A stretch of 64,000 bases of DNA, from IMG/VR virus record IMGVR_UViG_3300033075_000403, positions 1 through 64,000 of that record. One strand, written 5' to 3'. The stretch is from a virus. Taxonomy: Duplodnaviria > Caudoviricetes. The notes beneath the pieces are model-generated. The model did not search any database. It saw nothing but the letters and a program-made list of their open reading frames with translations, and was not told the origin of the DNA. Both the position numbers and the translations under genes were made by a program. Below, in pieces: positions 16,003-24,529 of this stretch (positions are counted from its first letter, which is position 1; each line of letters starts with the position of its first letter).

Positions 16003-17223
16003 TCATCCAAGCACCCGTTTTCTTGCTGTGAGGTACGATTCCTCATCCTGCTCGATACCGACGAAGCGGAATCCCTCCAGCAGGGCGGCCTTCCCCGTGC
16101 TTCCACTTCCCAGGAATGGGTCAAGGATAACCCCGTTTGGCGGAGTCACCAAACGGCACAGGTATCGCATCAACGCCGTGGGCTTCACCGTGGGATGATT
16201 GTTGCCTTCTTCGCGGTCGGCCTTGCTTGTCTTTGCGCAGTAGAAGAAGCGGGCGGCGCTTCCGGTGTCGCCAAATCCGGTGAGGTCAGACCCACTTCGG
16301 CACGAATCAGACCCATAGATGCCGCTTTCCCCGGACGTACCGCGACGCTTGCCGATTGGTTTCCCGCTTGTGGTATGTGGAAACCCCGCCGTTGCCTCGT
16401 CGCTGCCGTCGTGAATGAGGTTGGCTGGCCAGCGGCCAGATGGCGCGTTTCCCGTTGGTTGGGATGAAACCTTGATTGCGTTCCCGGTGTCGTGTCGCGA
16501 ATAGGCGCGGGTTGCTGGCCATGTCTCGACAACGGTTCCAACCCGGCACGCATCGACGTTGATCGCCCCCGTGCCGTGCGCCAGCACGTTCGCCGCAACG
16601 GTTCCGATGAGTGGCTTGCGGGCGAGGATGACAGGCTCATAGGCGGGCTTCAGGGCGGTCCCCCAGCCTTGCCACTGGCGGGCGGCGTCGGTAGCGGGGG
16701 CGGTGATGGGGATGTCCACCGTGATTTGCTTCGCACCCTGACCATACGCTCCGCATCCTTTGGCATTTTCGGCATCATTCCCATTCCTCGATAGCGTGTT
16801 TAGATTTTCGCCACCCTTCCCTTTCTGAGTCCCCACTACCTCCCGCTCCGCCCCCGCCGCCTTGTCGATGGCCTTGCTCACGTCGTGCGACTTGGGAAAC
16901 CCGCTGCCGTAAACCCACATGATGCAGTCGCGAATCTCCCAGCCCGCATCCTCGATGGCACACGCAAGCCGGTGATAGGTCCGCGTGCCTCCGAACGCCA
17001 GTAGGTGCGCACCGGGCTTGGCGACTCGCAACGCTTCTCGCCAGAATGATTCTCCAGGAACACCGTGGTCCCAATTCTTGCCCATGAACGACAACCCGTA
17101 GGGAGGGTCCGTCACCACGGAGTCAATGCTGTCCCCCCGCATCGTCCGCATCACGTCTAGGCAGTCCCCGTGGTGGAGGACGGCACGGGGATCGTGGTTC
17201 GTCGTTTGTCCTATTCGTGGCAT
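16003..17223 (-). CDS. Beta-class N6A/N4C DNA methyltransferase
   Basis: GDCLDVM, DPPY near N-terminus, HPTVKP, DPFLGSGST near C-terminus. Confidence 0.92.
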   Translation of the reverse strand: MPRIGQTTNHDPRAVLHHGDCLDVMRTMRGDSIDSVVTDPPYGLSFMGKNWDHGVPGESFWREALRVAKPGAHLLAFGGTRTYHRLACAIEDAGWEIRDCIMWVYGSGFPKSHDVSKAIDKAAGAEREVVGTQKGKGGENLNTLSRNGNDAENAKGCGAYGQGAKQITVDIPITAPATDAARQWQGWGTALKPAYEPVILARKPLIGTVAANVLAHGTGAINVDACRVGTVVETWPATRAYSRHDTGNAIKVSSQPTGNAPSGRWPANLIHDGSDEATAGFPHTTSGKPIGKRRGTSGESGIYGSDSCRSGSDLTGFGDTGSAARFFYCAKTSKADREEGNNHPTVKPTALMRYLCRLVTPPNGVILDPFLGSGSTGKAALLEGFRFVGIEQDEESYLTARKRVLG

Positions 17224-17429
17224 GCTTGCTCCTTGCTCAACGATTCGTTTCTCACACTCTCCGGTACGAGACTGCGTAGAGTTTCCCGTGCTGCCCACGA
17301 CACGGCATCGACTCCGCGACGTGCCGCCACCTGGTCGAGGATCTGGAGTTGACTCCACAGCACGCGCTGGGTCTCCAGCAGCAGGGACTTGGGGTTGCCA
17401 CACACGGGGCAGGTAGTGGGGTGATTCAT
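17211..17429 (-). CDS. Small CxxC protein
   Basis: MNHPTTCPVCG; overlaps the methyltransferase start. Confidence 0.5.
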   Translation of the reverse strand: MNHPTTCPVCGNPKSLLLETQRVLWSQLQILDQVAARRGVDAVSWAARETLRSLVPESVRNESLSKEQACHE

Positions 17430-17512
17430 GTGTCTCTCAAGAGAATCACAAGGGTGGGTTCGTGGTGGAGTTACACAAAGGGTGTCGTTAAAGGCGACAC
17501 CCTTGTTGACCG

Positions 17513-17809
17513 TCATCGCCCATCTTCCATTGGAACTAGTTTCAGCGGGATCGCGTCGGCGTCGAGTTTTGGAAACTCGACCCACGCTTCCCACTCCCTG
17601 GTGATTGTTGCGAGTCTTGCCCTCAACTTACCTAAATCAAGCACCACGCAATCACGTCCATCCCACCGCAGAAAGTCCCCGACCTGCCACGCACGCGGCT
17701 CGTCTGGCGGGGCCAGATCGAGGAGCATGTCTGCGGCTTCCGAGTACCCAACTTGCTTGATAGCGTCCACCATCTTCAGCACTTCCGGTCGCGTGTACTT
17801 CTTCGTCAT
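17513..17809 (-). CDS. Hypothetical protein
   Basis: Coupled to upstream gene; GAGGTGA SD. Confidence 0.7.
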   Translation of the reverse strand: MTKKYTRPEVLKMVDAIKQVGYSEAADMLLDLAPPDEPRAWQVGDFLRWDGRDCVVLDLGKLRARLATITREWEAWVEFPKLDADAIPLKLVPMEDGR

Positions 17810-18078
17810 GGCTTCACCTCGTTGAGAAATCGTTTCAGGGACTCCAAGTGGTGTTTCTCCGCGTGTTTTACAGCTTGGGAACGGTATCTAAACACCCTGG
17901 TGCAGTTGAGCGTACAGGCCGCCCTCTCCTGTTTCCACGACCAGTTCCTACACGTCTTGACGCCTTTTGCGGGTTTATCCAGCCTGTGGATTATGAAGAT
18001 ACCCATGACACCAGAAGCGGTTAAACCGCCGTCATCCCAGTCCCTCCACTCCAACGGTTTGACGGTGTAAGTTTTCAT
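17806..18078 (-). CDS. Hypothetical protein of the Y.(I/V)KPL.W paralogue family
   Basis: YTVKPLEW...FRYRSQAVKHAEKHHLESLKRFL. Confidence 0.7.
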   Translation of the reverse strand: MKTYTVKPLEWRDWDDGGLTASGVMGIFIIHRLDKPAKGVKTCRNWSWKQERAACTLNCTRVFRYRSQAVKHAEKHHLESLKRFLNEVKP

Positions 18079-18587
18079 GCTTCACCTCCTTCAGTTTGAA
18101 TCTCCAGTTCAAGTTGCTCCGTTGTTGGAAGACCAAGGTGTCTGCACAGATTGTCATGCGTTCTGGCAGTTGATTCCCCACCAATACCGCTGCACATTGG
18201 CTCTCTGCGGAAGTCCCCGATACGGACCACCCGCTTACCGTCCTCCATCTGTTGGAGAATCCACAAGAAGAGTGATTCTGCTTCCTCCTTGGATGTAGGG
18301 TCAGTCAGGTGGAGAACCTCCGACACGGTGGAGAGGTGGTCGGCGAGGGAGACACTCCACCCATCCAGGAACCTACCCACGAGAAACGTGTGGGCCTTCT
18401 CTGTGTTTACTGCTTCGCCGCAACGGTTCACGATCCACATACGGTTGCTCCTTGAAAAAGAAAAACCGCCCACCCCTGGGTCAGCAGAGATGGACGGCTG
18501 GCTGGGTTTCCCCAGAACATGCGGGCAAAGAATTGCCGTGGGGTCTTTCCAAGCGATAACCCACGACGAGCGGCCCGCGTGATTCAA
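18075..18587 (-). CDS. Hypothetical protein
   Basis: First gene after the promoter at 18612-18639. Confidence 0.65.
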   Translation of the reverse strand: MNHAGRSSWVIAWKDPTAILCPHVLGKPSQPSISADPGVGGFSFSRSNRMWIVNRCGEAVNTEKAHTFLVGRFLDGWSVSLADHLSTVSEVLHLTDPTSKEEAESLFLWILQQMEDGKRVVRIGDFRREPMCSGIGGESTARTHDNLCRHLGLPTTEQLELEIQTEGGEA

Positions 18588-18611
18588 AGTGACCTGACCG
18601 TCACTGATAGA

Positions 18612-18655
18612 ATGGTAGCGTCGTGCTTGTGAAAGTCAAGAGGATTCGCTAGAAT
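18612..18655. promoter_or_regulatory. Overlapping divergent promoters
   Basis: Minus: TTGACT(18639-18634)-16-TACCAT(18617-18612); plus: TTGTGA(18627-18632)-17-TAGAAT(18650-18655) facing terL. Confidence 0.6.
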
Positions 18656-18685
18656 CGCCTGAAATAACCTTCCGAGGACCGTCCT

Positions 18686-20272
18686 GTGGCTGTCATGTCT
18701 CCCTTTGCGTTGATTGAGTTGCTCTGGCCGGACACGATTTTGTATCGGCAGCAGCGGGAGTTGATTCAGTCCGTGGAGGACAACACGGAGACAATCGTGG
18801 TGGCGGGGAATCAGTTGGGGAAGGATTACAGCGCCGGGTTGATTGCCCTTCTCTACTTCCTACGCCACCCCGTCGTCCGCATCATCACTACCTCGGTGGC
18901 CGAGAAGCACCTGGATGTGCTTTGGGGGGAAATCCGTCACTTCGTCCAGACCTCCCGCAGTCCCCTTGATTACAAGCAAGGTGGACCTCTCAAGCTCATG
19001 GAGTCAGCACTGGAGATGTACAAGGTGGACCCCAAGACGGGAGTGCAATGTCCTACGTCGCGCATGCTCGGTATGGTGTCCGAGAAGGCAGAAAAATTCG
19101 CCGGCTGGCACGCCCCGGCAACTCTGTGCATCTTTGACGAAGCCTCCTCCGTGGACGACATGGCATACTCCCAGTCTCGCACGTGGGCCAAGCGTCGTCT
19201 GCTCATCGGAAACCCGCATTCACGCGGTAACTACTTCTTCCGTGCCGTCAAGGAAGGGGACATCGTTGACAAGGATCACACTCCCAAGGAGGGAGAACCG
19301 CAGCGGTGTTTCCGCAAGGTGATGCAGATTCGTGCGGTGGATTCTCCCAACGTGAAACTTGGACTTGAAGAAGTCGCTCGTGGGTTGAAACCATCGAATC
19401 GTGTTCTGGTGCCGGGGGTGCTGACCTACGAGCAGTACAAGGAGCGTCGTGCGACCTGGGGCGCGATGGAGCAGTGCATCGGGCTTGATGCGGAGTTCTG
19501 GGAGGGTGACAGCGTGATGCTGGTTCCCGCCCCCTGGCTTGCCGAGGCCGCAGATCACCACGATTACCTCGTTCGCAACCGTGTCAAGCGTACTCCGCGT
19601 GCTATCGGAGTGGATACAGCGTCCGGTGGGGATGAGACAGTTTTCACCTGCGTAGATGAGCATGGTGTCATCGAACAGATAGGTCGCCGTACCCCCGACA
19701 CGAACACGATCATCGGGGACATCATCGCGTTTGGGAAGAAGCACAACGTCCCGGCGACTCAGTGGGTTTTCGATGCGGGGGGTGGTGGTCGTGAGCATGC
19801 CGACCGTTTGAGGTACATGGGGTACAAGGTCCGCACGGTGGGGTTCGGAGAGTCGGCCACCCCGGAACCGAGGCAGGCGAAGATCCCGCTCTCGGAGAGA
19901 CGAGAAGCCAAGGACGCCAAGCGTGCCTACGTCAATCGTCGAGCCGAGATGTACGGGGACGTGCGCATGCTTCTCGATCCCACCACGGATTCGGTTCCCG
20001 CAGACATCTACCGGGATCTGCCGTTCTCCGGGTTCGCCATCCCTGCCGACATGCTGGAGTTGCGAAGGCAACTAGGTGGAATCCCGTATCACCGCGACGA
20101 AGAGGGCCGCATGTACCTTCCTGCCAAGAGCAAACGGTCCAGAAAGAGGGTGAATGAACAGACGCTTGATGAACTGCTGGGGTGCAGTCCTGACCGTGCG
20201 GACTCGCTCGTTCTGGCAGTCCACGGCATGCTTCGCGCGTCAGCAGGGTTCGTAGTGAAACCGATGTGGTGA
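18686..20272 (+). CDS. terL: Terminase large subunit
   Basis: GNQLGKD Walker A; LCIFDEAS Walker B; LLIGNP motif III; IGVDTASGGD and PDRADSL nuclease acidic residues. Confidence 0.92.
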   Translation: MAVMSPFALIELLWPDTILYRQQRELIQSVEDNTETIVVAGNQLGKDYSAGLIALLYFLRHPVVRIITTSVAEKHLDVLWGEIRHFVQTSRSPLDYKQGGPLKLMESALEMYKVDPKTGVQCPTSRMLGMVSEKAEKFAGWHAPATLCIFDEASSVDDMAYSQSRTWAKRRLLIGNPHSRGNYFFRAVKEGDIVDKDHTPKEGEPQRCFRKVMQIRAVDSPNVKLGLEEVARGLKPSNRVLVPGVLTYEQYKERRATWGAMEQCIGLDAEFWEGDSVMLVPAPWLAEAADHHDYLVRNRVKRTPRAIGVDTASGGDETVFTCVDEHGVIEQIGRRTPDTNTIIGDIIAFGKKHNVPATQWVFDAGGGGREHADRLRYMGYKVRTVGFGESATPEPRQAKIPLSERREAKDAKRAYVNRRAEMYGDVRMLLDPTTDSVPADIYRDLPFSGFAIPADMLELRRQLGGIPYHRDEEGRMYLPAKSKRSRKRVNEQTLDELLGCSPDRADSLVLAVHGMLRASAGFVVKPMW

Positions 20273-20368
20273 TTCTCGTGTAGCATTGTGCGACAGACGG
20301 TGTACAATCGGGTCAAACACCTGCCCGTTTTCAACCCACCACAGATCGCCCGCCACGAGGGTCCAATC

Positions 20369-20923
20369 ATGCCAGACGCAAAAGACTTGGAAAAGGTATC
20401 GCAATCCCCTGCCCTGATTGCACTGGTCTGTTTGGTGGCGCTGGCGTTCGTGGTGTGGGTGGTGGTGAAATGGGTGGGGAGGATGTTGGAGACGAAAATC
20501 CTCCCCCTCGGAGGTGATGCCCTCAATGCGATGAAGGAATTTCTGTCACACCTGCTTACCAACCAGGAACTCCTGAAAACGTCTCAGGATAACGCGGCAG
20601 CGATCCAGCTCAAACTGCTCGACAATCAGCAGCAGATCAAGAGCATGAACGACTCGACACGAAACCATCTTGAAAAATTAGTGGTAATTTCTGCGGAACA
20701 AAGTAAGATGCTTGCAGAAATCGCCAAGGCAGGTGCTTCCCTTCTCGTAAACGTGGCCACGCTGCAAGAGAACGGGAAGACGTTGGACGGGATATTGGTG
20801 GCTCTCAACAAGGTCTGCAAGTACAACGAGGAAGCAATTCGTGCTGCTGGGGTTTGCCCGCTCCATGTGACCGAAGTGAAACTGGAGGGCAAGACGGATG
20901 GAACCAGACCCCAAAAAAGTTAG
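20369..20923 (+). CDS. Single-TM coiled-coil membrane protein (holin- or spanin-like candidate)
   Basis: LIALVCLVALAFVVWVVVKWVG TM followed by a long coiled coil; position after terL. Confidence 0.6.
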   Translation: MPDAKDLEKVSQSPALIALVCLVALAFVVWVVVKWVGRMLETKILPLGGDALNAMKEFLSHLLTNQELLKTSQDNAAAIQLKLLDNQQQIKSMNDSTRNHLEKLVVISAEQSKMLAEIAKAGASLLVNVATLQENGKTLDGILVALNKVCKYNEEAIRAAGVCPLHVTEVKLEGKTDGTRPQKS

Positions 20924-21059
20924 AATCGTCGAGAAGTTGGTCGAGAGTGTCATCGCTCTGGACCAGAGGGTCAAAGAGTTGGAGCGATTAACGGAATCGT
21001 TAAGGACACGGATGACCGCTGTGGAAGCAACCCAAGACAATCGAGAGGACTCGAAATGA
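20898..21059 (+). CDS. Small coiled-coil protein
   Basis: ATG 20898 after GGAGGG; stop overlaps the next ATG. Confidence 0.55.
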   Translation: MEPDPKKVRIVEKLVESVIALDQRVKELERLTESLRTRMTAVEATQDNREDSK

Positions 21060-21907
21060 AGCGCCTTGTGTGCGTGATGTCCCCGCTGCTCCTGCTGATT
21101 GCGGTGGTCGGGGCGGACCAGTTCCGCAGCCAGCCAGTGCGCCCGATGATGGCGACGGTGGCAGTGGCACAAGACCCCAAGCCAGTTCCGCCTCCCGTGC
21201 CGGTGGTCGATGGCATCACCCTGCCAGCAACAGCGACGGGCGAGCCAGGCGAGTTTATTCGCGTGCCGGCCATGACGACGGGGGCGGTGGTCAAGTGGAA
21301 GACGCCCGACAAGGGGCTGAACGTCTTCCCGGTGGACCTGCTCAGAGACAGCAAAACGGCGGTGGTAATTGGCACGACGCCGGGCGTCTACCGGCTGTGG
21401 GCGTGGACATCAGGGGTGAGTGGTCCGAGTGACGCAGCGGAATGTTTGGTGACGGTTGGCAAACCCAAACCGACGCCGAAGCCGCCCGACCCCAAGCCAA
21501 AGCCCGACCCGAAGCCAAAGCCAAAACCACCCGATCCAAAGCCGCCAACGCCTTCGCCTGCACCAATTCCGGTGGCTGGGCTGCGGGTGCTGGTGGTGTA
21601 TGAGTCTGCCGACATCACGAAGATGCCCGCGGCGCAGCAGGCAATTGTGTACAGCGAGGACATGCGGGATTACCTCAATTCCAAGTGCATTGTCGGGCCG
21701 GATGGCAAGACGAAGGAATGGCGGTTCTGGGACCAGAACATAGACACGAAAAATGCGGCGAAACTGTGGCAAGACGCGATGCAGCGGCCTCGCCAGTCGT
21801 TGCCGTGGATGATCGTCAGCAATGGCAAGACGGGCTTTGAAGGACCGTTGCCTGGCAGTGCGGACGAGGCCAAGAAGCTGATTCAGAAATACGAGGTGCA
21901 GCCATGA
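21056..21907 (+). CDS. Exported protein: signal peptide, beta domain, Pro/Lys linker, thioredoxin-like C-terminal domain
   Basis: Hydrophobic N-terminus; KPKPTPKPPDPKPKPDPKPKPKPP linker; RVLVVYE...SLPWMIVS. Confidence 0.7.
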   Translation: MKRLVCVMSPLLLLIAVVGADQFRSQPVRPMMATVAVAQDPKPVPPPVPVVDGITLPATATGEPGEFIRVPAMTTGAVVKWKTPDKGLNVFPVDLLRDSKTAVVIGTTPGVYRLWAWTSGVSGPSDAAECLVTVGKPKPTPKPPDPKPKPDPKPKPKPPDPKPPTPSPAPIPVAGLRVLVVYESADITKMPAAQQAIVYSEDMRDYLNSKCIVGPDGKTKEWRFWDQNIDTKNAAKLWQDAMQRPRQSLPWMIVSNGKTGFEGPLPGSADEAKKLIQKYEVQP

Positions 21908-22812
21908 TGATTCAAGGCGAACCGATCATCCATGAAGGCAACGCCCACGAATACGCCGACCCGACGTTGTTGGTGGCGGGGCAGCCGGTCATGCGTGGTT
22001 TGGTGCAACGTCCTGCGGGCATCGTCTACGCGAAGGCCGTGGCCGCACCGCCATCCATCCCGATTATCCCAAGGTCGGAGTGGTCCGCACGGATTGCCGA
22101 GAAGACGGCGCAGCGGTCGCATCTATCAAACATCCGCATGAAGGCGGACAACGGCCAGCTTGCCGTGAACCTGGACCAGAATGGAAAAGGCGCATGCTGG
22201 GCACACTCGTCAACGCAAGCGGTGATGATGAACCGCGCCGCCTGCAATATGCCATACATCCGTCTCTCGGCATACGGACCATTTTGCGTTATCAAGCAGT
22301 ATCGCGACGAAGGCGGATGGGCTGCCCTGTCGATGGACTTCCTTTCGACGCGTGGCGTGCCATCGTGCGAGAAGTGGCCCGAGCAGTCGATGAGCCGCAG
22401 CAACGACAACCCAGCGACGTGGGAAGACGCTGCCCGCTACAAGGTGACGGAAGGCTTTTGGGATTCGGACCTGGCACCCTATGATCGCAAGCTGACCTTC
22501 GAGCAGCGTATTAGCTTGCTCCTGTGCAATCAGGCTTGCGCATCGGATTATATGTGGTGGGGCCATTCGGTCTGCGACATCGACGCCGTGGATGGCGTTT
22601 CGCTTCGCGGAGAGTGCCGAGCCGAGAGCGGCAAGCTACTCACGCTCCAGGAATTCGATGCGATGTGGGACACCGATGGCGTCACGGGTGGAATCGGCGT
22701 GCGAATCCTCAATAGCTGGCTGAACTGGGGTCTGAACGGCACCGGGACGCTGGCTGGCACGAAAGCAATGGCGGATGGATCTGTCTGCCCGCTCGTCAGC
22801 AACGCAGCATAG
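21904..22812 (+). CDS. Papain-like C1 cysteine peptidase
   Basis: DQNGKGACWAHS (oxyanion Gln, catalytic Cys); WWGHSV (His); ILNSWLNWG (Asn). Confidence 0.85.
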   Translation: MMIQGEPIIHEGNAHEYADPTLLVAGQPVMRGLVQRPAGIVYAKAVAAPPSIPIIPRSEWSARIAEKTAQRSHLSNIRMKADNGQLAVNLDQNGKGACWAHSSTQAVMMNRAACNMPYIRLSAYGPFCVIKQYRDEGGWAALSMDFLSTRGVPSCEKWPEQSMSRSNDNPATWEDAARYKVTEGFWDSDLAPYDRKLTFEQRISLLLCNQACASDYMWWGHSVCDIDAVDGVSLRGECRAESGKLLTLQEFDAMWDTDGVTGGIGVRILNSWLNWGLNGTGTLAGTKAMADGSVCPLVSNAA

Positions 22813-22872
22813 AGGGCGTGCGATGTTCCGCCGCCTGAGTCCGTTTGTTTTACTTCAACGAAGGAGACGACG

Positions 22873-23085
22873 ATTAGCACACCACGAAAGATCGCGACCG
22901 AACACGAAAAGGCCAACCCAGGCATGCGGGCCGCGACGAAAAAGCTCTCCGATATGGGGCTGAGTTTCTTCGAGATTCTTGCCCTGATCGGCAAGTATCA
23001 AGAGTTCTTCCTGCCCTTGCTGAAGCAGATCATCGACGCCATCAAGAACAAGACTCCGCTACCCGAAGTGCCGAAGAAAAAGTAG
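22873..23085 (+). CDS. Small amphipathic-helix protein with a probable ATT start
   Basis: AAGGAG (22861-22866) 6 nt before ATT; ...LSFFEILALIGKYQEFFLPLLKQIIDAIKNK...KKK; alternative ATG at 22924. Confidence 0.55.
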   Translation: MSTPRKIATEHEKANPGMRAATKKLSDMGLSFFEILALIGKYQEFFLPLLKQIIDAIKNKTPLPEVPKKK

Positions 23086-23109
23086 CGACCACGACACGGA
23101 AGGATTCCC

Positions 23110-23415
23110 ATGCGTTACCTGATCGTCTCCCTGCTGATTGCGGCCACGGCTACCACGGCAGAGGCCCAGCTATTCGCGAGAATGCGGAACAGCCGCGCCG
23201 CTGCCCAGCGTGCCGTCCCAGCGGAAAGATCGCTGGCGACGACGTACCAGCCTCCGGTGAAGGTGGTGCTGCAAGCAGGACCGCCTCCGCAGGCTCCGCC
23301 GTGCTGGTCGCCACCGCCGCAAGCGCCTCCGGTCTGGACGCAATCGGCCCCCGTCGTCACCTACCAGCCGCAGACGTTTGCCGCTCCGCTGATGCGTTCG
23401 GCGACGAACTGCTGA
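23110..23415 (+). CDS. Secreted Pro-rich protein
   Basis: Signal peptide MRYLIVSLLIAATATTAEA; PPQAPP repeats. Confidence 0.7.
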   Translation: MRYLIVSLLIAATATTAEAQLFARMRNSRAAAQRAVPAERSLATTYQPPVKVVLQAGPPPQAPPCWSPPPQAPPVWTQSAPVVTYQPQTFAAPLMRSATNC

Positions 23416-23451
23416 CGCTGACCCATGCGGCCCGGTCGGGCTGGAGGACGG

Positions 23452-23961
23452 ATGAGCGTCGTGCTCTGGATCGTTACTGGCGTCATCCTGATGTCGTTTG
23501 CCGAGTACACCGTGCACCGCTGGGTGATGCACACGCCCACGGTGTCGCGGTCCACCTTCGAGGAACACGCCAAGCTGCACCACGGGCGATTCTACCAGGG
23601 GTTCGCCGGCGACATGGACCCCGCTGCGAAGCACGTCGGGCTTACGCTGTGGCCGCCGAACATGCTGGTATGGATGCTGCCGGCCTGGGGAACGGCGGCA
23701 TGGTTCTCGATTCTTGGTGGCATTATTTGGGCGACGATCTTCGTGGCGTATGGTGTGACCTGGAACGCTTTCCACTGGGAGATGCACGAACCAAGGGGCG
23801 TCTGGTGGTCGCGGTCCAGATGGTTCAGGCGGTCGCGGGAGTATCACCGAATCCATCACAATCATCCACGATGCAATTACGCTGCCCTGTTCCCTGGAGT
23901 GTGGGATTGGGTATTCCGAACACGTCTGTCACCCGCTAACGTGGTAGGCAAACCGAACTAG
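23452..23961 (+). CDS. Fatty acid hydroxylase / sterol desaturase superfamily membrane enzyme
   Basis: Four His boxes HRWVMH, HAKLHH, HWEMH, HRIHH between TM segments; NY...WDWVFRT ending. Confidence 0.85.
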   Translation: MSVVLWIVTGVILMSFAEYTVHRWVMHTPTVSRSTFEEHAKLHHGRFYQGFAGDMDPAAKHVGLTLWPPNMLVWMLPAWGTAAWFSILGGIIWATIFVAYGVTWNAFHWEMHEPRGVWWSRSRWFRRSREYHRIHHNHPRCNYAALFPGVWDWVFRTRLSPANVVGKPN

Positions 23962-24086
23962 TGTGGTGACAGACGACCTTAAAGCCCACGCAGCCCCAGC
24001 CTGAGGACAGGGCGAACCTGGGAGCCGGATGACATTTTCCGAGTGTGTCGTCTGCTGCGTGTGGCCTGTATACCGAGGGGTGATTC

Positions 24087-24473
24087 TTGAAACGAACCGC
24101 TTTGGGGACAGCGACAGGTGTGATTCTCGGAGTAGCTGTCACTTTCGGGACGATGGTGGAAGATAACTCTCCCCCAGAATCGCGATCTCCAAAGTGGTCA
24201 AAAGCGAGAATCGAGCATCTGAAAGTTGAACCGACATGCAGGGTGTGCGGTGCAACAACCAAACTCGAAGTACATCACGTCGAGCCTTTTCATAAACGCC
24301 CCGATCTCGAACTCGACCCGAAGAACCTGGTGACGCTGTGTGGAAATCCGTCGTGCAAGTCTCATCTGACCATCGGACATCTCGGTGACTACCAGTTGGC
24401 TAACCCCGATGTCCGTAGTGATGCCGACATGCTTCGTAAACGTAGAGAGACGGTACGGAATCGCAAACCATAG
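24087..24473 (+). CDS. HNH endonuclease (packaging-type) with hydrophobic N-terminal extension
   Basis: CRVCG...LEVHH...NLVTLC...CKSH; lies directly before the portal. Confidence 0.85.
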   Translation: MKRTALGTATGVILGVAVTFGTMVEDNSPPESRSPKWSKARIEHLKVEPTCRVCGATTKLEVHHVEPFHKRPDLELDPKNLVTLCGNPSCKSHLTIGHLGDYQLANPDVRSDADMLRKRRETVRNRKP

Positions 24474-24529
24474 ACAAGTTGAATTTTCCTCAATCCTTCA
24501 GTACACTTGCGTCAACGGAGGATGGAGAA

